The notes beneath the pieces were generated by a model. It worked only from the letters and a program-made list of their open reading frames with translations, did not search any database and had not been told where the DNA came from. Shown in pieces: positions 50,919-62,044 of a stretch of DNA of 64,000 nt. Numbering within the stretch: position 1 is the stretch's first letter; each line of letters opens with the position of its first letter. This stretch comes from Bacteroidales bacterium. Lineage in GTDB: Bacteria > Bacteroidota > Bacteroidia > Bacteroidales > UBA932. The translations under genes and the position numbers were made by a program. The DNA lies in NCBI GenBank assembly GCA_004554455.1, contig SFMG01000003.1:43305-107304 (forward strand). The letters are read 5' to 3'.

Positions 50919-52924
50919 AATCCAAGTTCCTTGTTAAGTCCGAATTTCTTGATAAGAAGCGTTATCTCAGGATCGAGGTTGCCGCGGAATACGTAGCTGC
51001 CGTCCATTTCGCAGGCGCGCTTGTAGCAATCGCAGGCCTCCTCGTCGCGGGCGAAGCGGGAGAGCAGTATTGCCTTGAGATAAAGCACGTCTGCAGTCTC
51101 CTCCTCCTTTTCCAGACAATCGAGGGCGGAGCGGTTCCTGTCCTTCGCCATATAGGCTATGGCCGAGTTGTAATCATCGTAGCCACTCAGTATCTCCAGG
51201 GCGGCATCATAGTCCCTGTCGCGCAGCAGCTGGACACCGCGGGCGTAGAGGGTATCCACCTCCTCGGTGCGCACGAATTCCTCGACCATACCCTTGCGGT
51301 GGAGATTGAAATTGAAGTTCACGACCCTGAGCTTGGGATAGAGTTCATCCTTGACATAGTTGAACCAGCTCTCCCTGCGCATCATCTGCTCCCTTCTGTC
51401 AGGTTCGGAGGCGTATGCGGAAGCAAGGCGGGAATAGCTGTTGCGAGCCTCCACGTCCATTGACGGATCGGTCTCGACCAGTCTGTCGAGCAGTTTCCAG
51501 TTCTCAGGAGTATGGCGGGCCACAAGAGGGACGGCAGCAATATTCTGCTCATGCACGACATTTCCGGCCTCATCCACGGAGAAACCGCGCTCCGCCTTGA
51601 CGGAATCGACATATTCCTTCATGAAAGCGCTGAAATAGTCACATACGTTCGAGGTCCTGCCCTGCGAGAGCTTGCGGTTGTAGGCATAACGTCCTTCAGG
51701 CGAGCAGCTTGCGGAGACGATGATGGAATCCAGATCAAACACGTCGTCGTTGAGCACGCTGCGCAGATTTGCCTTGATTCTCTCGAGTTCGGCGGCGTTG
51801 CTGCCCAGTTGCGGGTCTATGCGGTCGCGGCCTATATCGAAAGATATATTATAGCTTGAATTCGCCTCCTGGCGCCTCCAGACCGTCTTCATCTTGTACC
51901 TGGTGATGTCCTTCACGAAATGCGAAAGCGAGCTGACCGGATACTCGATCGAATCGGTGCGCGGCATTATGTAGAGTTCCTGATCCTGATCCCATATCGA
52001 ACCTTCCAGGGCTATGTAGGCATATTTCAAATCCTTGCGGGTGTCGATTGTCTGGACGTAGCGGTAAATGCAGTCGCCGTCCGGGTTCACCAGCACCGTG
52101 TCCAGGCGTATGCCTTCCTCGACTATAGGCGACTTCACGTAGCGGTGGAAACGCCTGTCCTTGTCGGCGATGAGCCTTTCGTTGCTGTTGACCAGCCAGC
52201 CCTTGGTGTAGTGGTCGAGCGCCTCCTGCGCACTCACGTCGTAGCGGGAATAGAAATCCGTCTCCGTAACGTAGGTACTGTCGGTTTTCAGCTTATATAC
52301 TTCGGGCAAATTGCGCTTGAGGAACTGTTCGAGCTGGAAGCGGTAAACGAGACGGCTGCTGTCGGTGATGATTCTGCCGAGGAAGCGCTCGTACTGCTCG
52401 TAGCCCCTGAGCTGGCGGTTACGGTATTCTTCTCCGGTGATATATACAGGCTCGAGGGCCGTGGTGTCGCGGTATCCGATGCCGGAAAGGGTAAGGTCCG
52501 GTACGAGACGGAGCTGCCATTTCGAGTCCTGCAGACGCTTAGGGACCAATATCTCGAAAGGCAGGTCTATCTTGCCGTTACGCTCGGCGACCTGATAGCG
52601 GCGGCTGACTATCATCGAAGCCATCAGTTCTTCCGTAGCCACCATCTCCCCCGTTTCCTCATCAAGTATGGCGTTCATTATGATGGGCTTGTCTTGCGGA
52701 AGGCTATCGACCTTGCTTATCGCTTCGGACTGTATGTTTTCACTTGCCGCAAGACTGTCGTCCGCATCGCTTATTGGGGAGATTTCCACGCCGTCTTTCT
52801 GTGCTCTGATTTGTTGAAGTTTCTTCTGACTGGCACAAGACTGGACAAGAATCAGCAGACAGAGAAACGCTGTCAATGCCCTGAGGCATAGGGTTTCGAA
52901 TTCTTTTAACATCTTCATTGTCAT
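50915..52924 (-). CDS. Lipoprotein with DUF3868-like N-region, OmpA-like domain and C-terminal TPR
   Basis: Lipobox LVQSC, SASCSPEG...NRKLSQGR, ENW and YPKLR. ATGA overlap with the barrel gene. Confidence 0.7.
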   Translation of the reverse strand: MTMKMLKEFETLCLRALTAFLCLLILVQSCASQKKLQQIRAQKDGVEISPISDADDSLAASENIQSEAISKVDSLPQDKPIIMNAILDEETGEMVATEELMASMIVSRRYQVAERNGKIDLPFEILVPKRLQDSKWQLRLVPDLTLSGIGYRDTTALEPVYITGEEYRNRQLRGYEQYERFLGRIITDSSRLVYRFQLEQFLKRNLPEVYKLKTDSTYVTETDFYSRYDVSAQEALDHYTKGWLVNSNERLIADKDRRFHRYVKSPIVEEGIRLDTVLVNPDGDCIYRYVQTIDTRKDLKYAYIALEGSIWDQDQELYIMPRTDSIEYPVSSLSHFVKDITRYKMKTVWRRQEANSSYNISFDIGRDRIDPQLGSNAAELERIKANLRSVLNDDVFDLDSIIVSASCSPEGRYAYNRKLSQGRTSNVCDYFSAFMKEYVDSVKAERGFSVDEAGNVVHEQNIAAVPLVARHTPENWKLLDRLVETDPSMDVEARNSYSRLASAYASEPDRREQMMRRESWFNYVKDELYPKLRVVNFNFNLHRKGMVEEFVRTEEVDTLYARGVQLLRDRDYDAALEILSGYDDYNSAIAYMAKDRNRSALDCLEKEEETADVLYLKAILLSRFARDEEACDCYKRACEMDGSYVFRGNLDPEITLLIKKFGLNKELGL

Positions 52925-53040
52925 TGATAATCACTTTGCTGTGCGCGGCAAAAATACAATTTTTTTATTTAACTTTGCCGGGTTGCACAAAGAATGAATA
53001 AACCTATATTAACATCATAGACGAGAAAAACATAAAGACG

Positions 53041-54330
53041 ATGAAGAATTTTGTTGAAGAACTGCGCTGGCGCGGCATGATACACGACATCATGCCGGGA
53101 ACCGAGGAGGAACTGATGAAGGGCCCTGCCGGAGGATATGTGGGAATAGACCCTACCGGAGACTCCCTTCACATCGGCCATCTCGTCAGCATAATGATAC
53201 TCAAGCACTTCCAGAGCTGCGGCCACAAGCCGTTCGCGCTGGTGGGAGGCGCCACCGGAATGATTGGCGACCCTTCGATGAAGAGTCAGGAAAGGAACCT
53301 GCTCGACGAAGAGACACTTGCACACAACGTGAGCTGCATAAAGGCCCAGCTCGGCAAGTTCCTGGACTTCAACTCGGATGCTCCGAACAAGGCGGAGCTC
53401 GTCAACAACTACGACTGGATGAAGGACTACAGTTTCATAGACTTCACCCGTGACATAGGCAAGCTCATCACCGTTAACTATATGATGAGCAAGGATTCGG
53501 TAAAGAAGCGCCTTTCAAGGGAGTCCAGCGAGGGTATGTCCTTCACAGAATTCACCTACCAGCTGCTCCAGGGCTATGACTTCCTCTATCTCTACCGTGA
53601 GCGCGGAGTGAAATTCCAGCTTGGCGGTGCGGACCAGTGGGGCAACATCACCACCGGAACCGAACTCATACGCCGCACCTGCCAGGGAGAGGCTTACGCC
53701 CTGACCTGCCCTCTGATCAAGAAGGCCGACGGCGGAAAGTTCGGAAAGACCGAAAAAGGGAATATATGGCTTGACCCGGAGCGCACCACTCCATATCAGT
53801 TCTACCAGTTCTGGCTGAACGTCAGCGACGAGGATGCCGAGCGCTACATCAAGATATTCACGATGCTCGACCGCGAGACCATAGAAGGCGCCATAGCAGC
53901 CCACAGGGAATGCCCTGAAAGGCGCGAGCTTCAGAAGCTCCTTGCCAAAGAGGTGACCATAATGGTGCACGGAGAGCAGGAGTATGAGAATGCCGTAAAG
54001 GCCTCCAATATGCTTTTCGGCAAGGCAACCGCCGACGACCTCCGCAGCCTCGACGAAAAAACCTTCCTCGCCGTATTCGACGGAGTGCCGACCTTCGGCA
54101 TCGAGGCCTCGAAGCTCCCTCTGGGGCTGCTCGACGCGCTCGCTGTGGAGACCTCCATATTCCCGTCCAAGGGCGAGGCCCGCAAAATGATTCAGGGCAA
54201 CGGATTCTCTGTCAACAAGGAGAAGAGGACCGACCCTAACGGCTGTCTCAGTGCCGACGACATCATTGACGGCAAATATATACTCGTCCAGAAGGGCAAG
54301 AAAGACTACTACATCATCACGGTAAAGTAG
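53041..54330 (+). CDS. tyrS: Tyrosine--tRNA ligase
   Basis: Motifs [30 protein letters not shown] and KFGKT; S4 domain. TAACTTTG promoter at 52970. Confidence 0.97.
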   Translation: MKNFVEELRWRGMIHDIMPGTEEELMKGPAGGYVGIDPTGDSLHIGHLVSIMILKHFQSCGHKPFALVGGATGMIGDPSMKSQERNLLDEETLAHNVSCIKAQLGKFLDFNSDAPNKAELVNNYDWMKDYSFIDFTRDIGKLITVNYMMSKDSVKKRLSRESSEGMSFTEFTYQLLQGYDFLYLYRERGVKFQLGGADQWGNITTGTELIRRTCQGEAYALTCPLIKKADGGKFGKTEKGNIWLDPERTTPYQFYQFWLNVSDEDAERYIKIFTMLDRETIEGAIAAHRECPERRELQKLLAKEVTIMVHGEQEYENAVKASNMLFGKATADDLRSLDEKTFLAVFDGVPTFGIEASKLPLGLLDALAVETSIFPSKGEARKMIQGNGFSVNKEKRTDPNGCLSADDIIDGKYILVQKGKKDYYIITVK

Positions 54331-54392
54331 TCCGAGTAATCATTTGATAACTACCAAGCAGTCCACGTAATCATTAAGACAGTCAGGGCAAA

Positions 54393-54746
54393 ATGAAGGA
54401 ACAACAGACAGAATCGAAGCGCCAGCTGCAGGTTGGCCGCGAAATACAGAAGGAACTTGCCGAGCTCATACGCAAGCGCGGCCTGGCCTTTTTCGACGGC
54501 GCCCTCGTATCCGTCAGCGGAGTCAAGGTCAGTTCGGACCTCTCCATCGCAAAGGTGTATGTAAGCATATTCCCTTCCGACAAGACGGAGAAGGTGATGC
54601 AGACCATCCTCGACAACTCCCGCGCCTTCAGAGGTGAACTCGGTGCCGGCATAGGCAGGCAGATACGCATCACTCCTGAACTGAACTGGTACATAGACAA
54701 TACCCTGGATTACGTAGAGCACATAGAAGAGCTGCTCAAGAAATAG
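54393..54746 (+). CDS. rbfA: Ribosome-binding factor A
   Basis: Motifs V.VSSDLSIAKVYVS and RITPEL...D. Confidence 0.93.
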   Translation: MKEQQTESKRQLQVGREIQKELAELIRKRGLAFFDGALVSVSGVKVSSDLSIAKVYVSIFPSDKTEKVMQTILDNSRAFRGELGAGIGRQIRITPELNWYIDNTLDYVEHIEELLKK

Positions 54747-55957
54747 TGAGACTGACGTCCTTCATAGCGGGGCGATACCTCTTCGCGCGGAAATCGCACA
54801 ATGTGATTAATGTCATATCTGCGATTTCCGTTGTCGGTATGGCCATAGGCACGGCTGCACTGACGATAATACTCTCCATATACAACGGCTTCGACAGTCT
54901 GGTCAGGGATATGATGGGCAATCTTGAGCCGGACATTCTGATCACGCCATCCAAAGGCAAGGTTTTCGTGCCCGAGGGGGAATGCTATGACTGGATCTAT
55001 GCCCAGGAGTCTGTGGCTTCGATGTGCACGGTCCTGCAGGAGCAGGTCTTCATCAGCTATGACGGGCATCAGGGAGTGGCGATTGCCAAGGGTATGGACG
55101 CCATCGCCCAGGAGGAATCCCCTATACGGGAGAACATCAGGGACGGGAAATTCGAATTCAGCCACGGGGATATCCCGGAGGGCGTGGTCGGCGTGGGGCT
55201 TGCCTACAAAATGGGAATAAATCCCAGGTTCCTGGCTCCCATACAGCTCTACTATCCTTCCCGCACACGCAAGCTCTCACCAAGTTCGCCATCTTCCTCT
55301 ATCGAGTATATAAACATCTGGCCATCAGGACTTTTCTCAATAAACAGCGAGATTGACAACAGCTACATACTCCTGGATATAGACAAGATGAGGGAGCTTC
55401 TGGAATACTCCGGAGAGGAGGTTTCGGCCGTGGAGATCCGTATGAAGGATGGCTGTGAGGCAAGGGAGCTGAAGAGGGTGATGGACGGAATAAGTGAAAG
55501 GCTCGGAGAGGATTTCACGGTCAGCGACCGCTTCCGTCAGAACGAGTCCCTTTACAAGATGATGAAGTACGAGAAAGCCAGCATTTACCTCATACTCATT
55601 TTTGTCATTCTGATCATAGGTCTGAATATCCACGCCAGTCTTTCTATGCTCATCATTGAGAAGAGGGAGGATATCTCCACCCTCAGGGCAATGGGAGCCG
55701 GGGAGACTCTGATACGGCGCGTATTTGTGCTCGAGGGCTGGTTCATTTCCCTCCTGGGCCTGGCCATTGGCCTTCTTATGGGTCTGGCTTTCTGCCTGCT
55801 CCAGCAGAGATTCGGTCTAATTTCCATGCCCGGCAATTTCGTCATCCAGGCCTATCCCGTTGTGTTGAAAGCTTCCGACCTTCTTATCACGGCCCTTAGC
55901 GTGGCCATTCTCGGCTATCTCATCGCAGCCTTCACCGAGCGGCTGAGCCGCAGCTAA
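54746..55957 (+). CDS. LolC/E (FtsX/MacB-like) ABC permease
   Basis: Motifs RYLFARKS, SIYNGF, EKREDISTLRAMGA and VFVLEG. Confidence 0.88.
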   Translation: MRLTSFIAGRYLFARKSHNVINVISAISVVGMAIGTAALTIILSIYNGFDSLVRDMMGNLEPDILITPSKGKVFVPEGECYDWIYAQESVASMCTVLQEQVFISYDGHQGVAIAKGMDAIAQEESPIRENIRDGKFEFSHGDIPEGVVGVGLAYKMGINPRFLAPIQLYYPSRTRKLSPSSPSSSIEYINIWPSGLFSINSEIDNSYILLDIDKMRELLEYSGEEVSAVEIRMKDGCEARELKRVMDGISERLGEDFTVSDRFRQNESLYKMMKYEKASIYLILIFVILIIGLNIHASLSMLIIEKREDISTLRAMGAGETLIRRVFVLEGWFISLLGLAIGLLMGLAFCLLQQRFGLISMPGNFVIQAYPVVLKASDLLITALSVAILGYLIAAFTERLSRS

Positions 55958-55974
55958 TTGTTTCTGCTCTGCGG

Positions 55975-57150
55975 CCGACTCTGCCTGCGGGGGATTCCCT
56001 GGGCTAAGGCTGCCTGCGGGGGATTCTTTGGGCGAAGGCTGCATGCGGGCAGGGGGCCGTTCCCGCTGCCGACTCTGCCTGCGGGCAGGGACCGTGTTCC
56101 CGCGTCCGACTCTGCCTGCGGGCAGGGACTTCGGACCGGTGCGCACCTCCGGTGCTTTCCCTCCCGCCGCTGCGCGGCAGGCCCCTCCCGTTCACGAAGC
56201 CACGGGCGGCTACGCCGTCCGAAGTCCCTGCCCATCCGGCATTCCCCGGCCGCGGCACAATGCCTCACTCCCTTGGGATGGAGGAATTGCTCCTGTTTTG
56301 ACCTCTTGGCTGCATCGATTCGTAAGTCTGGGCCTGAAATCAGGAATCACTGCACGGATTGCCCCTGTTTTGGCCTTTTGGCTGCATCGATTCGCAAGTC
56401 TAGGCCTTAATTCGAGAATCGATGCACGGTTTGCCCTTGTATTGGCCTCTTGGCTACATCGATTCGCAAGTCTGGGCTTTAAATCGAGAATCGATGCACG
56501 GTTTGCCCTTGTTTTGGCCTCTTGGCTACATCGATTCGCAAGTCTGGGCTTGAAATTGAGAATCGATGCACGGATTTGCCAGAGATCGGCCCCAAGGCTG
56601 CAGCGATTCGCAAGTCTGGGCCTGAAATCGAGAATCGATGTAGCGCCATCGTGCCAGCAAGTAGAATGGCCCGCCTGCAGCAGACGTTGCCGCTACGGCG
56701 CCGCGTCCGATTCTAATTTTCGTCGTCGCAAAGTAGAACAGTTCCACCTGAAGTAGTCGTAGTCGCAGCGAAGAACGGCCCGCCTGCAGCAGTCGTAGTC
56801 GCAGCGAAGAACGGCCCACCTGCGGCATGGTCGTGGGGCGCAGGCGGGGACAGGATGCCACGAAGGCGGCATAATCCTAAGTAAAAAGCCGCCGGAGTGG
56901 CGCCTGTCCCGGCCGCAATAACGAACTGCGTCCGACTCCAATTTTCTTCGTCGCAAAGTAAAACGGCCCGCCTGCAGCATGGTCGTGGGGCGCAGGCGGG
57001 AACAGGATACCACGAAGGCGGCATAATCCTAAGTAAAAAGCCGCCGGAGTGGCGCCTGTCCCCGCCGTACATCGAGCCGCCACATCGAGCACTACATCGA
57101 GCGCTACAAAGAGCGCTACAACGAGCGCTGCATCGAGCCGCGTCCGATTC
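55975..57150. repeat. Mosaic palindromic repeat locus 2 (A, hairpin element, B, C, D x2, 12-mer array)
   Basis: A units at 55981/56010/56039/56073/56110. 114-bp IR element at 56120-56233. Five 72-bp B units at 56311-56642. C units at about 56660-56990. D hairpins at 56843-56914 and 56995-57066. About six 12-bp CTACATCGAGCG units at 57067-57140. Confidence 0.95.
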
Positions 57151-57159
57151 TATTCTTCA

Positions 57160-57190
57160 AAAAAAGGGAGGATGAGCACGTCATCCTCCC
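57160..57190 (-). terminator. Terminator of the BACON gene
   Basis: AAAAAAA-GGGAGGATGA-gcacg-TCATCCTCCC. Confidence 0.75.
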
Positions 57191-57212
57191 GAATCATATA
57201 GTATTTATAAAA

Positions 57213-60200
57213 TTACTTGACTACCACGGTATTGCCAGTATTTTTATCAGTTTCCGAGCCCTCTGAGCCAAGGATTGGAACTCCGTTGTAGAGTCCGTTC
57301 ACAGGAGTAGGGAGGGTAACGCCCTCGACATTCAGTTTCTTGCCGCTGACACCCTTGTTGAAGCCGCCGAGTACACAACCGGCATAGCCCTCAGTGCTGA
57401 AGCTGCAATCAACAGAACCGCCACGGAAATAGGTTTCATCCACAGTTGTATTATAACCGAGACAGCCCGCAAGACCACCAAGCAGGGAGTTCTCCTTCTC
57501 ACCGCCTGAGATCTCAGCCTTGATTCTGCAATCCTTCAACATACCGTTAAGATAACCGGTCACACCGCCGATTGCGCAATATCCTGAGCTGGAATTGGTA
57601 GAGTGGAAAGCACCTGCAGCACTAATCTTGCCCTCATACTCGCAATTTTCAACAAGACCGTTGAATGCGCCGGCAAGACCTCCTACACGCATAGGAAGAG
57701 GATTGTCGGCAATGACATTGACCTTTGCAGAAGAGTTGCTGAGAGTCATGCTTCCCTTGTAGCCGCCGAGCAAGCCGCCAACATAGTGGAGAATGTCATC
57801 AGTGCCCTTAGGGTAGTTGCGGACGGTAACGTTTCCGCTTGCGATGAGATTGTCATATACAGCGCCGGAATAGTAGCTGTAGCCGATAATACCGCCTACA
57901 TAGCACTGATGGCCAGTTACGACAATATCCTTGACATCGTAAACGAGATCGCCGTTGAACTCTGCACCGAAAATGTCATTTGCAGCGCCAGCAACGGCTC
58001 CGATATAGGTCTTCTTGGTCTGGGAATTTACGGTGAAGGATGCTGCAGTGTTCTTGCAGTTCTTCATAGTACCAGAGCAGGCTCCGATTACACCGCCGAA
58101 TACCATACCTGGGCCTCCGCTAGCAACCATCTTAGGTTCAAAGGTGAGAGGCACTGTATTCTTACAATCGGAGAACACGATTTCCTTTGTAGGCGCATTG
58201 GAAGCCTTATATACGCCCGCTGAAGCAAATACGCCAGCGAAGCAGCTGTAGCCACTTCCATCGACACCTGCAAGAGCAGCTCCCTTGGTACCGCCGGCAT
58301 AGGCGCCTGTCGCAGAGACATCTCCACTGTTGGTGCAATGGTCGGCGCCAAAGGCACACTGGGCAGCAACTCCGGCAACATGGGCACAAGTCCAGGCGAC
58401 CTCGAAACTTTCGTTCTCGATAGATACGGCTCCGGTGTTGAGGCATCCGGTCATGTAGCCCTCCACGACTCCTGCGACGCCGCCGCAGTTAGGATAAGCG
58501 CCCGTGCCTCCGGTAGTGTAAACATATCTTACATTCGCGGCATTTCTGCAGTTAAAGACAATGCCCTGATTGACCTCCTGAGTTCCCTTATGAGTTTCGG
58601 TGCTTCCCAGAACGCCACCTACGCGGATATATCCCGGTTTTGCCTGAGCCACGACAATCACATCACCCAGGTTTTCGCAACCAGAAACAATCAACTGCCC
58701 CTCACTTCCGCTAGCGAGCGCAACAACTCCGGCAACGGAACCGGTACCACTGGCCGCAGCAGAAACGAGGTATCCGATTTTACCCTTATTGACACAGGAC
58801 TCTACTGTTCCGGTACTCTTGGCAACGACGCCGGCAATGAATGGAGCACTGGTGGAGAACTTAGGGAGAATGTCGGCCTCATTGACACATTCCACCACCC
58901 TGCCATTGTTCACACCGACTATGGCAGCGAATACGTTTCCGACACCCTCGGTTGAGACACTCTTGTCTATGCAGACGCCGGATACCGTGCCATTGTTTAC
59001 CTCAATGAGAGGTTTGCTGAGCGAACCGTTCTTGAAGTAGTGGTTCTGACCTTTGACATATCCGTCAAATGAACTGAGGCTAGGAATCTCCTCGCCACCG
59101 CAATCGATATCACTGGTAATGTTAATGGCAGTAATGCCTTCAGGGGCGGCTACAAAAGCCTTCCAGTCTTCAAAACTTGTGATATTTGCTGTATTCACAG
59201 CGGTCATACCTTTCTGCACGACCTTGACAGTTATAGGATCAACACCTTCCGCAGCAATGGTCAAATTGCCGGTACGATCGGCTAAATCATTATTTGAAGA
59301 CACCAGTATGAATAGATAATCCTCCTGAACCGCCCTGGACGAAGTGACATTAAGCCAATTCACATCACTGGTAATATTGAGAAGCGGACCGTTTGAACTG
59401 ATCTTGACTGCGAGAATATGTGTCGAGGCGTCAACATTGTATTCACCCGATCCGAGAAGAATCACTTTCTCAGGGTCCTGCTCAACACTGATGTTTACGT
59501 CAGGAAGAAGTTCGCTGGTGAGCTTTATGGTCGCCGTGCGTGCGGTTGCTCTCTCGCCTGCAGGGGCGGCGTTTACCTTGGCATTGACGACAATCACTCC
59601 CTCCTCAGGAGTGGAAAGACTTACCCAAGTCTCTTCGCAAACGGCTTCCCACTCAATATTGGATTCTACCTTGATCGTGTCAGCCACAGGGGATTCGCTG
59701 TCGAAGAGTATTGAATTCTTGCTGACGTTCAGTACCGGAGCAATGCCCGCCTGATTGACGGTGAAGGACTTTGGCTTGCCGCTCTGAGGAACTATCGTGA
59801 TTGTAGCGCTTCTCTCCTCCATACTTTCATTTGCAGCGGCAGCAATCTTCACCTCGCTGCTGGCAGCAGCCTTGGACTCAATCTTGCTGAGCCAATCGGC
59901 GGAAAGATCGACACTGTAGCTGACATTTGATTCCACGTTAGCAACAAGAGTGGCACCTTCGGCAGGAATCTCTGCAGCAATGCCCTCGGCAAGGAAAATC
60001 ACAGCCTCCTCTGCCTGAACGACATTGATTCTGACTGAAATTTTCTCTGACTGAATTGTGATGACAGCGCTGCGGGAATCTGCACGCTGACCTGCAGGGG
60101 CGACGTTGTCCGTAGCCTCAACTGCGATTTCACCGTCATTCTCGCCGCTTTCCGGAGAGAGTTTGAGCCAATCTGCGTCGCTGCTGGCAGTCCATTTCTG

Positions 60201-60365
60201 ATTGGATGTAACCTTAATACAGGAAGCCGCAGCCTGAGCCGGGAGGGTCAGCGACTATTCGCTGGCAGTAAGCTCTGCATCCGGTTCCGGGACAGGCTTC
60301 TCACACGCCGATGCCAGGAACATCAGTCCGGCAAGGCACAATGCATAAAACTTGAATTGTTTCAT
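57213..60365 (-). pseudogene. Large surface lipoprotein (about 4 BACON domains plus GLUG/beta-helix-like region) interrupted by in-frame TAG at codon 37
   Basis: ATG at 60365 reads MKQFKFYALCLAGLMFLASAC (lipobox) EKPVPEPDAELTASE*SLTLPA..., then continues in frame into the 929-aa ORF. TAG at 60257-60255. Confidence 0.8.
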
Positions 60366-60410
60366 AGATATAATGATTGGTTGATAATAATCATGCGGTC
60401 AGGCAATTTT

Positions 60411-60428
60411 CAAAAATAACTATTTTTG
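60411..60428. promoter_or_regulatory. Back-to-back -7 promoter elements for BACON gene (-) and ABC permease (+)
   Basis: CAAAAATA-AC-TATTTTTG. Confidence 0.55.
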
Positions 60429-60449
60429 CGAAGAGTTAACAGCGCTGGG

Positions 60450-61394
60450 ATGAAAAAAAGCAATTCAATTCCTTTATTGATTCTGATAACGGGCTTGTTT
60501 TTCGCCCTGGACCTACTGCTCGGAGGCAGCAGCGGATTTGCCGCATTCCGGGAAGAGGGTCTGGTCATCGGGATACGTCTGCCCCGCGCGCTGACTGCAC
60601 TGCTCTGCGGAGCGGCACTTTCGCTAGGCGGCCTGCAGATGCAGAGCATATTCCGAAACCCCCTTGCCGACCCGCATATTATGGGCGTCAGCGCAGGAGC
60701 CGGCCTCGGTGCGGCATTGGCGACGATGGCCGGAATAGGCAGCGGAATCATATTTCCCGCCTTTGCAGGAGCCCTGATATGCAGTCTGCTCGTACTTGCC
60801 GTTGCCTCCAGGACCTCCTCGTCCTCTACCCTGCTGATGTTCGGCGTCATGCTCGGCTTTGCCGTGAACGCAATCGTCGCCATACTCCAGTTCAGCACAG
60901 CGGCGGAACAGATCAAACTCTTCTACAGCTGGTCGGCAGGCAGCTTCAGCAATATGGGATTTACGGGCATATATATACTTGCCGCCGTGCTCGCCGCCGC
61001 TTTGCTGACGGCCTCCGTTAACGCGCACGGAATGGACCTCATACTCTTCGGAGACGGCTTCGCAAGCTTCTGCGGAGCGCGGCCTGGACGCATAAAGTTT
61101 CTCGCCCTGCTCAGTTCCAGCCTCCTCGCGGCAGCAGTCACTTCCTATTGCGGCCCCATTGGCTTCATAGGGATAGCCGGACCTCACCTGGCCCGCCTGC
61201 TCTGCCGCAGTTCATCGCATCGCAGGACTATACCCTGCTCGCTCCTGTGCGGAGCCGCAGTCAGCTGCGCCGCAGACCTGCTTTCCCAGATATGGGGAAC
61301 TCCCCTGCCTGTCGGCAGCGTGATGGCAATCATAGGCATACCGGTCGTTATGGCTATACTGCTCGGCAGCAGACCATTGCCCCGGGAACAATAA
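60450..61394 (+). CDS. FecCD/BtuC-family iron-chelate or cobalamin ABC permease
   Basis: Motifs IRLPRAL, QSIFRNPLADP, GVSAGA and GPIGFIGIAGPHLAR. Confidence 0.92.
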   Translation: MKKSNSIPLLILITGLFFALDLLLGGSSGFAAFREEGLVIGIRLPRALTALLCGAALSLGGLQMQSIFRNPLADPHIMGVSAGAGLGAALATMAGIGSGIIFPAFAGALICSLLVLAVASRTSSSSTLLMFGVMLGFAVNAIVAILQFSTAAEQIKLFYSWSAGSFSNMGFTGIYILAAVLAAALLTASVNAHGMDLILFGDGFASFCGARPGRIKFLALLSSSLLAAAVTSYCGPIGFIGIAGPHLARLLCRSSSHRRTIPCSLLCGAAVSCAADLLSQIWGTPLPVGSVMAIIGIPVVMAILLGSRPLPREQ

Positions 61395-61408
61395 AAGATG
61401 TCGTAAAA

Positions 61409-62044
61409 ATGATTGAATATAAAGGAAATATAGCATACGGAGAAAAGCTGCTCTGCGGCGGCATAGAAGTAAGCGTGAAAAGCGGAGACTGCATTTTGCT
61501 CTGCGGCGCCAACGGCAGCGGGAAAAGTACGCTGCTGAGGACTCTCGCAAAGGAGAATCCCGCCCTTGTCTCAATGATACCGACCGGCATTCCTAAAGTG
61601 AAAGGATTCGATATGCACGAATTCATACGCCTGGGCTGCGATGAAGGCGGAAGGGGCAATTCGAAGGATAGCAAAATGCGTATGGCCGCCGTTCTGCGGC
61701 AGTTGGGACTGGAGGAATTGCAGCACAGGGACATATCCACCCTCAGCGATGGAGAATTTCAGAAAGCCTGCATTGCCATTTCCCTGTGCAGCGGGAAAGA
61801 AATCCTGCTTCTGGATGAGCCGACGGCCTTTCTCGACCCCGGGAACCGTACAATGATCCTATCCTGCCTCCGCGAGATATGCTCTGCCGGCCAGGCGGTG
61901 GTCTTCTCCTCCCACGACATTGAGCTCTCGCTGAATTACTGCACGGGAATCTGGGCGCTGGGAGAAGACAAAAGGCTTCATTGTGCCGAGGGAGCGGCAA
62001 TGCGAGCCCTTGCGGAAAGCATATTTCCTAAAACTGTCAGATGA
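61409..62044 (+). CDS. ABC transporter ATP-binding subunit (BtuD/FecE-like)
   Basis: Motifs GANGSGKST, LSDGEFQK, LLLDEPTAFLD and SSHD. Start placed at MIEYK. Confidence 0.9.
   Translation: MIEYKGNIAYGEKLLCGGIEVSVKSGDCILLCGANGSGKSTLLRTLAKENPALVSMIPTGIPKVKGFDMHEFIRLGCDEGGRGNSKDSKMRMAAVLRQLGLEELQHRDISTLSDGEFQKACIAISLCSGKEILLLDEPTAFLDPGNRTMILSCLREICSAGQAVVFSSHDIELSLNYCTGIWALGEDKRLHCAEGAAMRALAESIFPKTVR

Noticed and set aside
60255..60257. Genome-wide TAG recoding or pyrrolysine
   Set aside because: TAG terminates many conserved genes here at their expected ends, and no pyl genes or suppressor tRNA are seen.
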